DNA of 63,554 nucleotides, the filler included, from Stramenopiles sp. TOSAG23-6 (lineage: Eukaryota), in NCBI GenBank assembly GCA_900128565.1. It is 39 parts of 39 records of this genome, joined end to end, with 100 filler letters (N's around TTAATTAATTAA, not from the genome) between each part and the next. Parts side by side here need not be neighbours in the genome. Positions count along the whole stretch, not along the records: positions 1 to 1,546 come from LT638896.1; positions 1,647 to 3,191 come from LT638897.1; positions 3,292 to 4,836 come from LT638898.1; positions 4,937 to 6,481 come from LT638899.1; positions 6,582 to 8,125 come from LT638900.1; positions 8,226 to 9,769 come from LT638901.1; positions 9,870 to 11,411 come from LT638902.1; 32 more parts are not named here. The stretch is one strand, 5' to 3'. Every line of letters starts with the position of its first letter. Positions within the stretch are counted from its first letter, which is position 1. Both the position numbers and the translations under genes were made by a program. The notes below the pieces were generated by a model, which was not told the DNA's origin, made no database searches, and saw only the letters and a program-made list of their open reading frames with translations. This document shows, one piece after another, positions 1 through 11,511 of the stretch.

Positions 1-74
1 TTTTTTTTTGAAAANTGNTANGTACNAAANTTACTATGNAAAAAAAANAAAAAAACTGTGTAATAAAAACGTAC

Positions 75-1435
75 ATAATCTGGGCATTCCAAACGATTTA
101 CAGGTCCACGGACTGTTGTATACAAAAAAATGTACATTTTTTTTTGTTAGGTACAACATTTACTATGAAAAAAAAAAATTAAAAAAATTTAAATATGTTG
201 TCACAAAAATTTAGGTATTTAATTTTGAAAAAAAAAAATGAAAATCTTTGTTAGGTACAAAAATTCGTACGAAAATTGTTTTTTAAAATGATTATGCAAA
301 CATACAAGGTATTGAAAATGATTGTTTTACTAGTATTTGCATACAATATCTTAATTTTCTTGTAATTTGAGCAGAAAATGACAAACAAGAAGAACAAATC
401 ATTGAATTATTGGTATTTATTGTCTGTGTAGTGTTACACGATTCGCATATACAATGAAAAATATATAAAAAGAGAAAAAATTAGGTACAAATTTTCCATA
501 TAAAATTTCAAAAAAAATTTCAAAAAAAAATTTCAAAAAAAATTTTCAAAAAAAATGTCAATAAAAAAAATTTTCAAAAAAAATTTTCAAAAAAAATGAA
601 GTGTAAAAAAAAAAAAATGAAGTGTAAAAAAGTACATCTTCCAGCAGGACAATACAGACATCGAGTAGTAAAATGAGTATTATTTTTTTGTGAATTGTCA
701 GATTTCGTGATTTCAGTAGAACACGAATTACAAAAATGTCTTGGACAAAACCATTCATCCTCTGGAATTTCTGATTCACGTAATCCAATGCATGTAGTAT
801 GAAAAAAAAAAGTCAAATTCAAAATTATATTAGGTATGAAATTCATTATGAAGAAAAAAAAAAAAAAAAAAATGGAAATTCATGATGAAAAAAAAAAATA
901 ATGGAAATTCATCAATAATTTTTTTTTTTTTTTAAATTCATGATGAAAATAAAAATGTACATGCCATATGGTACACTGCACCACAACCAATGTATTCACA
1001 TTCAATTAATTCCCCACCATCACCACACACTCCACAGGATGAAAAATGACCAATAGGTAAAATTATATTAGTATTTCGTGATTTTGATGAATTTCTAATA
1101 TTTCGTGTTGTTGATGATCTTCTTGTATTTCGTGTTTTTGAATCATTACTATTTTTATCAAATATTGAAATTTCAGATTGTTCAGCAAAATTAGGAGTAT
1201 AATGATTTGTGACGTCATTTTTTGCTGCTTTTCGATCAATTGCATTTTGTTTTGTTTGTTGTTCAACAAATTCTTTAAATTCAGGATTTTTTAATTTTTC
1301 CTTAAATTCAGAAATTCCTTTTTTTTTCCATTTTTTCTTTTCCAATTTAGTTAATTTATTCCATTCGATTCCTAAAATTTTTGAAAACTCTGTCACTGGA
1401 ATTGACGGATTTTTACGTCTTAAATCAGCACCTGT
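75..1435 (-). CDS. Partial multi-exon chromatin protein: HMG box, PHD-type fingers and probable bromodomain start
   Basis: HMG-like EFSKILGIEWNKLTKLEKKKW. Spliced PHD CGVCGDGGELIEC..CGAVYHMAC|IGL..EWFCPRHFC. Last exon GPVNRLECPDY is bromodomain-like. Interrupted by family introns. Confidence 0.7.
447..635 (-). mobile_element. Family intron, GT...AT
   Basis: aga t|GTACTTTT...TTGTATAT|gc gaa restores CPAGRCESC. Core TACCTAA is present. Confidence 0.7.
792..960 (-). mobile_element. Family intron, GT...AT
   Basis: gca t|GTACATTT...ACTACAT|gc att restores the PHD HMACIGL. Confidence 0.8.
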
Positions 1436-1546
1436 AATGTCAATTGTTATTTTAAAAAAAATAATTTATTTTTGTTAGGTTTCAAAAAAAATTAAAAAAA
1501 ATTAAAAAAAAAAAAAAAAAAATTTTTTTTTTTTTTAAATCAAAAA

Positions 1547-1646
1547 NNNNNNNNNNNNNNNNNNNNNNNNNNNNNNNNNNNNNNNNNNNNTTAATTAATT
1601 AANNNNNNNNNNNNNNNNNNNNNNNNNNNNNNNNNNNNNNNNNNNN
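1547..1646. other. Artificial contig linker (N-run + TTAATTAATTAA + N-run), repeated about 40 times through the window
   Basis: An identical 12-mer with stops in all six frames is flanked by Ns at every junction, so adjacent contigs are not genomic neighbours. Confidence 0.97.
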
Positions 1647-1707
1647 TGTTAGATACAAAATTTTCTATGAAAAAAAAAATCGAAATTCAATTTTGAAAAC
1701 AAACATA

Positions 1708-2575
1708 TATCGAGATTTTACAGTATCAAAGGGCTGGGAAAAAGTTGTCGCCATGACTCCTGCAACTAGAGAAGCCACAATATGCAAAGGCACACCATCG
1801 CTCATATAATTATTAGAGCATAACAACATTTTTGTTTGATCATAAGAAGCTAGTTGGCCGCAGGCTAAAAAGGCAGCTCGTAGCATTGTCACGGATACTC
1901 CACGATAATACCCTTTAAGTCCTTCATCGCGCAAGATTGTACGGAAGGCGTTAAAAGTTGAAGAATATGTTGGTACTTTCCCTTTATGAAGCCCTGTAGA
2001 ATATTTACCGTCAATACTAAGAGACCCCGCTTCTTGTTGTATCCTAATTTTCACCAAGTCGCAGGGATTTGCGAGTGCTGACCCAAGACCTCCCTGTAAA
2101 ATATGATTATAAATTAAGTTAATTTCGGATGATTTTGACAAATATTAATAATAAAATAGTACGCATTTATATTGCTATGACTTACTGTTGTTAGTGCAGC
2201 ACCCATTCTACGAAACAAACCAATATCTTCTGAACTATCTTTGTGAAATAAATCCTTTATCACTGGGTACATACCAAAACGAAAAGAGCTATATCCAAAT
2301 TCTCTTAAAAGTGATGCTTGCAATCCTGGTATCCATAGTCCCCCATGTCTTGCAAATATACCTTCTTCTGCAATGATTCGTTGAGCAGCTCTAGAAAAGC
2401 TTCCATACATTTTGTTTCTTTTTGCTCCAGTTCCTTCCAGTTGTCCCTCAGTTTGTAACCTGATTTTTATAACATCCATAGGATTGAGTAGGGTGCTAGC
2501 AATAGCATTCGATAGTCCCCCAGCAAGAAGTTCCCGAGGGACACGCATTGGTATATCTTCGCTGGAATCTTCCAT
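1708..2575 (-). CDS. Mitochondrial carrier (SLC25, UCP/dicarboxylate-like), 3' truncated
   Basis: Three PxDxxKxR motifs (NPMDVIKIR, NPCDLVKIR, QPFDTVKSR). Canonical intron at 2094-2185. A family intron starts near 1709. Confidence 0.9.
2094..2185 (-). other. Canonical GT-AG spliceosomal intron
   Basis: aca aca|GTAAGT...TTTTACAG|gga ggt joins LTT-GGLGSALANP in frame. No family core motif. Confidence 0.85.
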
Positions 2576-3385
2576 ATTATCCCGATCTATTTACTTATGA
2601 CACAAGAGTCGAATAATAATAATAATATACTAAATAAGATGAGAAAGATGAAAAAGATGAAAAAGCAAGTTCAAACATGCATCAAAAAAACATTTGAATT
2701 TTGAAACGTTTTTTTTGCGTTTTTTTTTTTCTTTTTTTTCGACTGACGTTGACTGGCGATCGAGATCGATTTTCTCTCTTGATCGATCGATCGATCTAGC
2801 TAGATCCCAGCGCTCTGATTATTGTCTTAATAGCAGCCGTGTAAATATTAAATAGAATGCGATATATTCTTTTAGTAAGAGATGGCTTGAATAAACCTCC
2901 CTCTAATTCATTTACTACTTTACAAAATACCTTAAGGCAGCAATTACAAAATTTGGCTGATTCGAAAAACCTTGGCATGATAAACGAATGTCAAAGAGTA
3001 GTGAATAGTGAAAAGCACTTATTTTTTTCTAAAGCTGTAGCGGATCCCATCTATTTTTCATATATTGATACTCGTTGTACACAAAATATTTCTAGGAAGT
3101 GGCATAGCTCAGAAAAGTATAGTTCAATTCCTGTCACTCGTCCTCCGCAGACATTAACTTCTTCTCTTCTTGAAGGTGTAGTTAACTTCGTNNNNNNNNN
3201 NNNNNNNNNNNNNNNNNNNNNNNNNNNNNNNNNNNTTAATTAATTAANNNNNNNNNNNNNNNNNNNNNNNNNNNNNNNNNNNNNNNNNNNNTTTTTTTTT
3301 TTTTTGTAAAATTTGTTAGGTACGAAATTTCGTATGAAAAAAAATTATAAATATATTTTTTTTTTTAATCCTATATAGTATGTAC

Positions 3386-4836
3386 ATATGAGCTCGCTTC
3401 AAGTCATGTAAACTTTTTACGTATTTTTTACTACGCGTACGTGGAGTTGATTGAAACATAATTTTGATTTCTCTACCTAATTTTTGTGTGTTTGAATTTT
3501 TGTTTTTTGTACTTAATTTTTGTGTGTTTGAATTTTGTAACTGTAAACACTCTTTCAACTCAATCGCACAAATTTTATTCTCATATAAAGTTACCTGGTA
3601 CTGTGCATGTATATTTTTGAAATATGCAATACATGTATTTACTTTTGTTAGATAAAAAAGTGAACTACAAACAAAATAGTTACACAATATATAAATGTTC
3701 TATAAAAAAAATATTTAAAAAAAAAAAAATCGAAATTGAAAAAAAAAAAATTGAAATGAGTAATACAATAATAATGGTAAAATACATGACGGATATTTTC
3801 ATCAAGGATAGGCAAATGATTACTCTTGGTATTTTTTATCAAATGACTCATGTTATTATACTGTTTATCTATAGAATGATTTTCGGACATTTTCTCTAGT
3901 GTCTCGATTTCTTGCAGTGCAACTAATTTTGCTATTTCTTGTTGTCGTCTATTTAATGTGAACGATATATATATATATATATTTGTTAGGTACAAAATTT
4001 CGTATAAAAAAAAAAATAAAAAAAAATAAAAATAAAAAAAATAACTTATCTTTCTCAATTTTTGTAACTCTTTTTTCTGTAACGCTGACAAACATCTCTT
4101 CATTGGATTAGGGTTAGGGTTCTTCATTGGGTTTGGGCTACTTTGTGTACTATCCTGTAGACCATGTATTTTGGAAAAATATTTCAAAAAAAAATTTTAA
4201 AATTTGTTAGGTACGAAATTTCGTACGAAAAAAAAAATCGAATTTGAAAAAAAATAAAACATACATGTATATCATTCTGTTCTTTGTGTTGATTCATTTC
4301 ATCAGAATTATCTTTTGTATTGGAATGATAAATACTTGACTCAATTGTTCCATGATGTTTGCTAATCGAATGCACTCCTGTAACATTACTTTCTTTAGTG
4401 TTATGTTCAATATTATGTAAAGCTTTGTTGATTTTATGAACTTCTGCCTCAACGGCATGTTCAATATTATGTTCAATATTATGTATTTCATTCATAGCTT
4501 TATGAGCTTCTGCTGCAACAGCATGTTCAATATTTTGTAAGTCATTCTTAAGTTTATGAGCTTCTGCTCCAACGGCATGTTTAATATTATGTTCAATATT
4601 ATTTAACTCATTATTGATTTTATGTGCTTCTGCTCCAACAGCATGTTCAATATTATGTTCAGTATTATGTATTTCATTCTTAAGTTTATGAGCTTCTGCT
4701 CCAACAGCATGTTCAATATTATGTAACTCATTCTTAGCTTTATGAGCTTCTGCTCCAACAGCATGTTCAATATTATGTATTTCATTCTTAGCTTTATGAG
4801 CTTCTGTTCCAATGGCATGTTCAATATTGTGTTCAA
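3386..4836 (-). CDS. Partial multi-exon protein with His-rich 18/22-aa tandem repeats; unknown function
   Basis: About 7 units of EHAVGAEAHK(A/L)KNE(I/L)HNI at 4407-4836. Exons are joined by family introns. Confidence 0.6.
3607..3785 (-). mobile_element. Family intron (diverged), GT...AT
   Basis: cgt cat|GTATTTT...AAATATACAT|gca cag; phase 0 on both sides. Confidence 0.65.
4164..4264 (-). mobile_element. Family intron, GT...AT (consensus-like)
   Basis: ata cat|GTATGTTTT...TTTCGTACGAAATTTCGTACCTAAC...TCCAAAATACAT|ggt cta. Confidence 0.85.
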
Positions 4837-4936
4837 NNNNNNNNNNNNNNNNNNNNNNNNNNNNNNNNNNNNNNNNNNNNTTAATTAATTAANNNNNNNN
4901 NNNNNNNNNNNNNNNNNNNNNNNNNNNNNNNNNNNN

Positions 4937-6481
4937 TGTTGGTGATGGCCTTCCTACTGATGATCCACAAGACAATGCTCCCTTTCCGAAGAAGCCGACG
5001 TCATATTCCAAATCTTTATTGCAAACGGTTTTTGAGGAACACTTTATATTAAAAAGATTAGCAATCGTGAGTGGTTGTGGAATCTTCTTTGCTTTATGGA
5101 CAGTTTTCTATAGATTTTCAACCATATTCAACATTTTATTCTGGTTATTTTTCTGGTCTGGATTAGCGTCGTCTTGTTCGATCACAGTTCTATTACTCCG
5201 GCGCTGCGATTGTCGGTGCATACCTGGTATACTTTGGCCAGTTTGAGCTTGTAGCATTTTTTATTGCAGATGATTCCATCAAGCCTGGACCAATAGAAAA
5301 ACTTTTGGCACCATCATTTTGGCGCCCTATTTATACTACTGCATTTTCCGCTGCGGCTGCCCATTGGCTGGTGACAATCTATGAGGACTTTCGGGCGCGT
5401 CGTTTCCTCGGAGTAAAAATCGATTCTGAAATTTCTATGAAAGCAAAAGAATCTGATAAAGAACTTGATGTTGAATCAAATCAAAACGTTGCGGAAAGCT
5501 CAACAAAACGCAGAATATTTAGGTTACATTTTACAAGTGATCCGAATCAGTTCATGTTCAAAGCATACGTATGTTTTATATGAATTTCTAATTTAATTTT
5601 CTTTTCATACGAAATTTCGTACCTAACGATTTTTTTCTGAAATATTTTTTCACAATACATGTGATACACCATCTTCTAACAATTATATGCTATTTGTATT
5701 GTCTTTTTACCCACCGTCTAAGTGGCTTATGTTGTATGGGGCTTTTATTTGAGGCACCCGTGGCTATATTAAACTTTCGAGAATTTGCAGTTATTTTTGA
5801 CGATGAATACAATATTTTTAATTGGTTGTTGTGTTTGCCTTCTGGAGCAACACCTATTTTGCAGTCACTTGCAGATATACAAAAGTTACCTCGAGTTAAA
5901 ATGTTTAGAAAAACTTGGGATTTAATATTTTTTTTAACTGTTTGTTGTCGCTTTAATTGTATCTTAATATACTTTTGGGCTGTGATATGTTGGAGTACAA
6001 AAGTAGCAGAAGAAACTCCTGGTATTGTATACTATATATATCATTTTTTTGGTCTTTGTTTTAGTTTTATAAGTCTTTGGTGGTGGGGCTTGTTGACAAT
6101 GTGGAAGAACCAAGATGAATATAGACTAGTTAAGATGGGCGTGTCTCTCAGTAAAAATAATATATCACTTGATACTATTTCTGAAAGTAAGTGTCCGAAA
6201 GCTTGCTGTAACCGATCTAATATATCTGTTTGTGAGGCTAAAACGTCCCGAGAAAACCTTTTAAATGATGAAAGTTCCACAAAAATAAAAAAATCGCCAA
6301 ACCCATCAAAAACTAGATTTAATAAAACGAAAAATGATAAACAATGCTCTTCTAGTACTACAAAGACAAGTGTCGCCAGAACTAGATGTAGTAAATTATC
6401 TACTGCATTAGTGACAAATCAAGAAGAAGAAGAAGAGTCAGAACCTGATCCTTTGGGTGGATTATGCTGGCTCGGAGATGA
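4937..6481 (+). CDS. TLC (TRAM/LAG1/CLN8)-domain membrane protein, partial
   Basis: Spliced KAY|VIHHLLT...GLLFEAPVAILNFR...RF matches the TLC HH..E.P..N.R pattern. The 5' frame change near 5165 is unresolved. Confidence 0.65.
5569..5660 (+). mobile_element. Family intron, GT...AT
   Basis: gca tac|GTATGTTTT...CACAATACAT|gtg ata cac cat; 92 nt, joins two ORFs in different frames. Confidence 0.85.
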
Positions 6482-6825
6482 NNNNNNNNNNNNNNNNNNN
6501 NNNNNNNNNNNNNNNNNNNNNNNNNTTAATTAATTAANNNNNNNNNNNNNNNNNNNNNNNNNNNNNNNNNNNNNNNNNNNNAAAAAAACAACTGACTCTT
6601 CTGAACAGGTTTGCGCAAAAATATGATGGGTTTCATACAAAATTTTGTACCTAAAAAAACTCTTCCAGAAATGAGAAAAACGACACAACACGTGGTGTGT
6701 GAAAATTCCAGTCTATACTACAATAGTACTAACAATCACACGACAACTACTTACTATATATAGTAAAACACGACGGGGTTAAAGTTATTTCTCCATTGTA
6801 TTACACGCCATATTTATTTATAAGA

Positions 6826-7518
6826 ATGCTATCTAGAGTTTTGAAAATTCAACAAGCATCACCACTAGTGGCCCGTGCTTTTTGTAATAGATTGAACAGT
6901 ACTTCCGTACACGATGCGGATGCAACACGGGTTGACACTCAGCGTCAAATTATACAACAAAAGTCTGCATTCAAAGAGGCTGCAAGAGCACTTAGATCAC
7001 AATATATGCGTGAAATTGATTCACGTGAGAAGACAATTCAAATATTAGAAAGAGAGGTTGAGGTACGTAAAGAAAAAGAGAGAAAAGATCTGATCAAATT
7101 GAAACGGACTCGTGCAGAAGCCAATGTAAAGGCGAGAACTCTTGAGGAAAAAAAACGTATTGCTGAGACCGCTGCGAAACGCCAATCGAATGCNGAAGAA
7201 GCNAANAAATGGGCTGATCATGTATGTAAACGTCGAAATGACAGATTCGAATTTTTAGCCAATGAGGAAAAGTATTGGCTTGANGGTAGTCAACTAAATC
7301 CTAATCATGAAGAAGAATCAGAAAACATTATCAAAAAATATTGTGAAGATGCTTTCTCCAAACGTGTTCCGTGGGATACATGGATTCAAGAAATTAATAC
7401 ACGAAATCAACACCGTGCNACGGCNGTNAAAACAAAACATATGCCTAAACCAAAATTTGAAAAACGTAATTTCTTGATTGAACATGAACGTCAAAAAGGT
7501 NTTTNGAGTACAATCTAG
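6826..7518 (+). CDS. Coiled-coil protein with mitochondrial-presequence-like N-terminus; possible mitoribosomal mS26 homolog
   Basis: MLSRVLK.. presequence. ARALRSQY, AEEAxKWA and LANEEKYWL resemble MRPS26 as I recall it; no search was run. Confidence 0.4.
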   Translation: MLSRVLKIQQASPLVARAFCNRLNSTSVHDADATRVDTQRQIIQQKSAFKEAARALRSQYMREIDSREKTIQILEREVEVRKEKERKDLIKLKRTRAEANVKARTLEEKKRIAETAAKRQSNXEEXXKWADHVCKRRNDRFEFLANEEKYWLXGSQLNPNHEEESENIIKKYCEDAFSKRVPWDTWIQEINTRNQHRXTXXKTKHMPKPKFEKRNFLIEHERQKGXXSTI

Positions 7519-8326
7519 TTGTTTTTTTTCGTACGAAATTTTGTACCTAACAAACGAAAATTGGAAAATTGGATTTTTGAAACATTATTATTACAAATGT
7601 AGTAAGAAATCATTTTCCTTACATTTTTTTTAAACATTTTCTTGTGTATTTATGTATATAATAAANGTNATGTATGATACTATCTATTTAGATGATATTT
7701 TGTTGATATATGTATGTATAATGCAATGAAAAATTAAATNTAATGTTTTTAATTTTATTTTTTTTTTGTATGAAATTTTCTTAGTAAAAAAAAAGGAAAA
7801 ATTATTTATTTTCAACTGATTTCACTTTCTTGATTCAAATATTTTTGATCTTCACATTAANAATTCATGATGGAGACTTAATTCTTTTTCAGTAAGCATA
7901 TATATTTATGGTATGTATTGANTCTTTATTTTTTNAAATCATTTAGGTTTACTTTTGTTTTTGTATATTATTATGATTCATTATTTGAGCCAATTCGCCA
8001 TCAATTGAAGCTAATTGAGATTCAATATTTCGATATGTTGTTGTTTTTTCTTGCCATAACTTTTTAATCGACTTTTGTCTCTCCACAATACCTCGTAAAA
8101 TAGTTTCATGATTTTTTGCATTGTTNNNNNNNNNNNNNNNNNNNNNNNNNNNNNNNNNNNNNNNNNNNNTTAATTAATTAANNNNNNNNNNNNNNNNNNN
8201 NNNNNNNNNNNNNNNNNNNNNNNNNGTTACGACCACCAATTGAATTCCTCGATGTCATCGTATAGTAGATTTTAGACGCGCAACATTTTACTATCATCCG
8301 TCTGTTCTTCCAATAGAAAGTTGACA

Positions 8327-9423
8327 ATGGCAGAGTCTAAAACTGAGGAATGCGAAGAAAAGATTTTTATGGCAAAGGTAAGTTAAGTCAATTGTTTATC
8401 ATTGAAATTCTGGAATTTCTTTATCTCATGGTGTGCTCTGTTGCGTCGGCTTGTACACGTAACTTGTGCATGTCATCGTAAAGTCCTACCTTCCACTCAA
8501 CTTAACTTAGCTGTGAAATAACATGTTCATTACTCATAGTTAGCTGTCTAAAATGATGCATGAGAAACTCTAATTAGAGTAGAACATTGATTCAGCGAAG
8601 TGAATGTGTTTTTTTTTGTTTGGAAGCAAATATGTGTTTTCATCGTCGTGTTGTATCTCCGTTTCTATTTGACAGTACTAACTTTCTTTCCACAAAATCA
8701 TACGAAAACTCATTTATCACCCCTCTCTATATCATCATAATATATAGTGTTAAAGAAAAAGAGCGCTTGACTACAGAAGAACGTAATCTCCTTTCTGTTG
8801 CATACAAAAACGTCGTCGGTGCCCGCCGTGCTTCTTGGCGTGTATTGCATTCCATCGAACAGAAAGAGACGGACAGAAGAGCAAACGTAGAGTCTTATCG
8901 TACAGCTGTTGAGAAGGAGCTATCTGAGATATGTGGTGAAATCCTCACTCTCATTCAAAACACTCTCATCAAACATTCTGTTGAGAGCGAGGAGCGTGTT
9001 TTCTACTACAAAATGAAAGGTGACTACCATCGTTATATGGCCGAATACATGTCAGGAGATGGCCAAAAAGATGTAACCGAAGAGGCGCGACAGTCATACA
9101 GTAATGCCATGGAAGAAGCAAAATCCCTAAGTGCGACAAATCCAATTCGTTTGGGTCTCGCTCTCAACTTTTCTGTCTTCTATTACGAAATCATGGATAA
9201 GCCAAAGAAGGCATGTCAGCTTGCCAAAGATGCTTTCGATAAAGCTGTCGGTGAGCTTGAAGAGCTAAACGAGGAAGAGTATAAAGATGCCACTTTGATC
9301 ATGCAACTTCTCCGAGATAACCTTACTTTGTGGCAGAGCGAAGCTGGTGTTGAGTCAATGCGAATTGAGGATGACGGTACCGAAGTTGCTGAAGTAGACG
9401 GTGAAGCAGACGATGACTTTTAA
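8327..9423 (+). CDS. 14-3-3 protein (canonical introns; second exon appears largely missing)
   Basis: [63 protein letters not shown]. First exon [23 protein letters not shown]. Confidence 0.95.
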
Positions 9424-9946
9424 ATATCAGACTAAATCGTTTGAAATGGGGTTGTGTGTTTGAAGTATTTTATAGATTATATCACTTCTATTCGAAACAC
9501 TTGGTTTGCGTGAATGTTGTGTTTTCCTTATAATCACACCAAGAGTGCGAGAAAATATGGGAGATTTTTTTTACTATCAGTAAAATAAAAAATAATAGAA
9601 GTTTTGACCTTTCTTTGTCACTTGTTCTTTTACTGATTGAATATGTTAGACTAAGTAAGTTCATTTAGTTTATTCCTAAGAAATGAAAACAAAATCAATT
9701 ATAAAATCTGTTGAATATAATTTGCAGATTACACAAGCTAAAATTGACCCGATTCAAGCCTTTACAATANNNNNNNNNNNNNNNNNNNNNNNNNNNNNNN
9801 NNNNNNNNNNNNNTTAATTAATTAANNNNNNNNNNNNNNNNNNNNNNNNNNNNNNNNNNNNNNNNNNNNTTTTCAATTTCGAATTTATTTTTCGTACGAA
9901 ATTTTGTACCTAACGATTTTTTTTGAAATATTTTTCCAAAACACAT

Positions 9947-11358
9947 TCTTGGTTTAGCTTTACATTTAAACCCTTCACAAATAATAGGACCATTATTACA
10001 ACATTGTCATATATATTTAAAACCATCTGCATTACAACGGTTACAAAATGATCGAAGTTCTACAGTATCATGGAATATCACAGAAGATGATTTAGATTTA
10101 TCAATATCTCAAGCGGAGCAACCCTATTCAAAAGTAGCCCATAGTCAAATAGCTAAGATAAAAAGTAAAATTTGGGAATTGTGTAATTGTCTTGAAGAAT
10201 CTGAAAATACTTCTTCCGAATGGGATACTAGTGAAAATGGTACCGTCGCACACACAATCAACACTAACTCTAATGAAGTAAACAATACAAATCGACAACT
10301 TGAAAAGGCTTTGATGTATGTTTTATGGTTTTTCAAATTCGAATGTTTTTTCGAATTCGATTTTTTTTTTTATAAAAATATTGTACCTAACGATTTTTCT
10401 TTCAAATATTTTTCCAAAATACATGAATGCTAGATTTTGTTCAGCAGTATTTGCAACAACTGAAGGTAGCTCATTTGGTCATCAAAATTTAGGATATGAG
10501 GCTACTTTTGCTGAATCATGTTCAATATTACATGTAGGTTTGTATTATGCTGAAAATGATGATTATACGTGTTGTATGGATTGTATCTCTGCATGCTCGT
10601 CGAGTTTTGATGTTTTCAATCTTTGTCCTGCAAATATTGTGGTTCTTTGCACAGTTTTACGGGGGATTTGTTATGAAGCAAAATACGAGGATAATGCAGT
10701 AGCTGTATATTACTTGTATGCATCGGCACTTGAAGCTCTTCAACGATTGCTACCTCAAACACCTCGACATCCAAGTTCAACCTCTACGCTGAATCGTCAA
10801 TCCAGACGAAACCGAAACTCAAACGTTAAGATTCCAGTACGTTTTCAGTATGAATTTCAAATTTATTTTTTTTTCGTACGAAATTTTGTACCTAACAAAT
10901 TTCGAATTTTTTTTTTACAATACATGCACTGAGTAAGAACGATTCTTTCTCTGGAATTCCAGGTGTACATGCACTTGGGCTTGCACTTTGCGTGGCATTA
11001 ATTGAAATCATGCCAAGACTTCCACCACCAGTAATCAAAACTCTGTACGTTTTTTTTCAATTTCGACTTTTTTTTTATTTTTTTTTTTTTTGGTATGAAA
11101 TTTTGTACCTAACAAAAAACAGTAATCAAAAAAAGTTTCCAAAATTACATGCAGCACACTTTTGAATCTCTTGTAGAACTAAAAAATGAACTGCAAAGAT
11201 CTTGTTCTGTGTCTGATATAGTCAGTCATAATAAAATATCAATAATTTTAGCTGCAAGGCAACTACTACTTCAATCTACAAAGTCATTTGAAAAATGGAA
11301 TATTTCGTGTTTTGAAAAGTATATGAAAGTCAAGGATCTATCTGAATTGAAAATTCAT
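9947..11358 (+). CDS. Partial multi-exon helical protein, unknown function
   Basis: Four exons read continuously after removing family introns 10316-10424, 10837-10925 and 11045-11150. Confidence 0.6.
10316..10424 (+). mobile_element. Family intron, GT...AT
   Basis: ttg at|GTATGTTTT...TCCAAAATACAT|g aat; phase 2. Confidence 0.8.
10837..10925 (+). mobile_element. Family intron, GT...AT
   Basis: att cca|GTACGTTTT...ACAATACAT|gca ctg. The upstream exon ends in CA, not AT. Confidence 0.75.
11045..11150 (+). mobile_element. Family intron, GT...AT
   Basis: act ct|GTACGTTTT...CCAAAATTACAT|g cag. Confidence 0.75.
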
Positions 11359-11511
11359 GTATGTTTTATTTTTTTTCAAATTCGATTTTTTTTTTTATAA
11401 AAATTTTGTACNNNNNNNNNNNNNNNNNNNNNNNNNNNNNNNNNNNNNNNNNNNNTTAATTAATTAANNNNNNNNNNNNNNNNNNNNNNNNNNNNNNNNN
11501 NNNNNNNNNNN

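Noticed and set aside
1591-1602. Recurrent TTAATTAATTAA palindrome as a biological repeat or CRISPR-like array
   Set aside because: It is always embedded in fixed N-runs and is a contig-concatenation linker.
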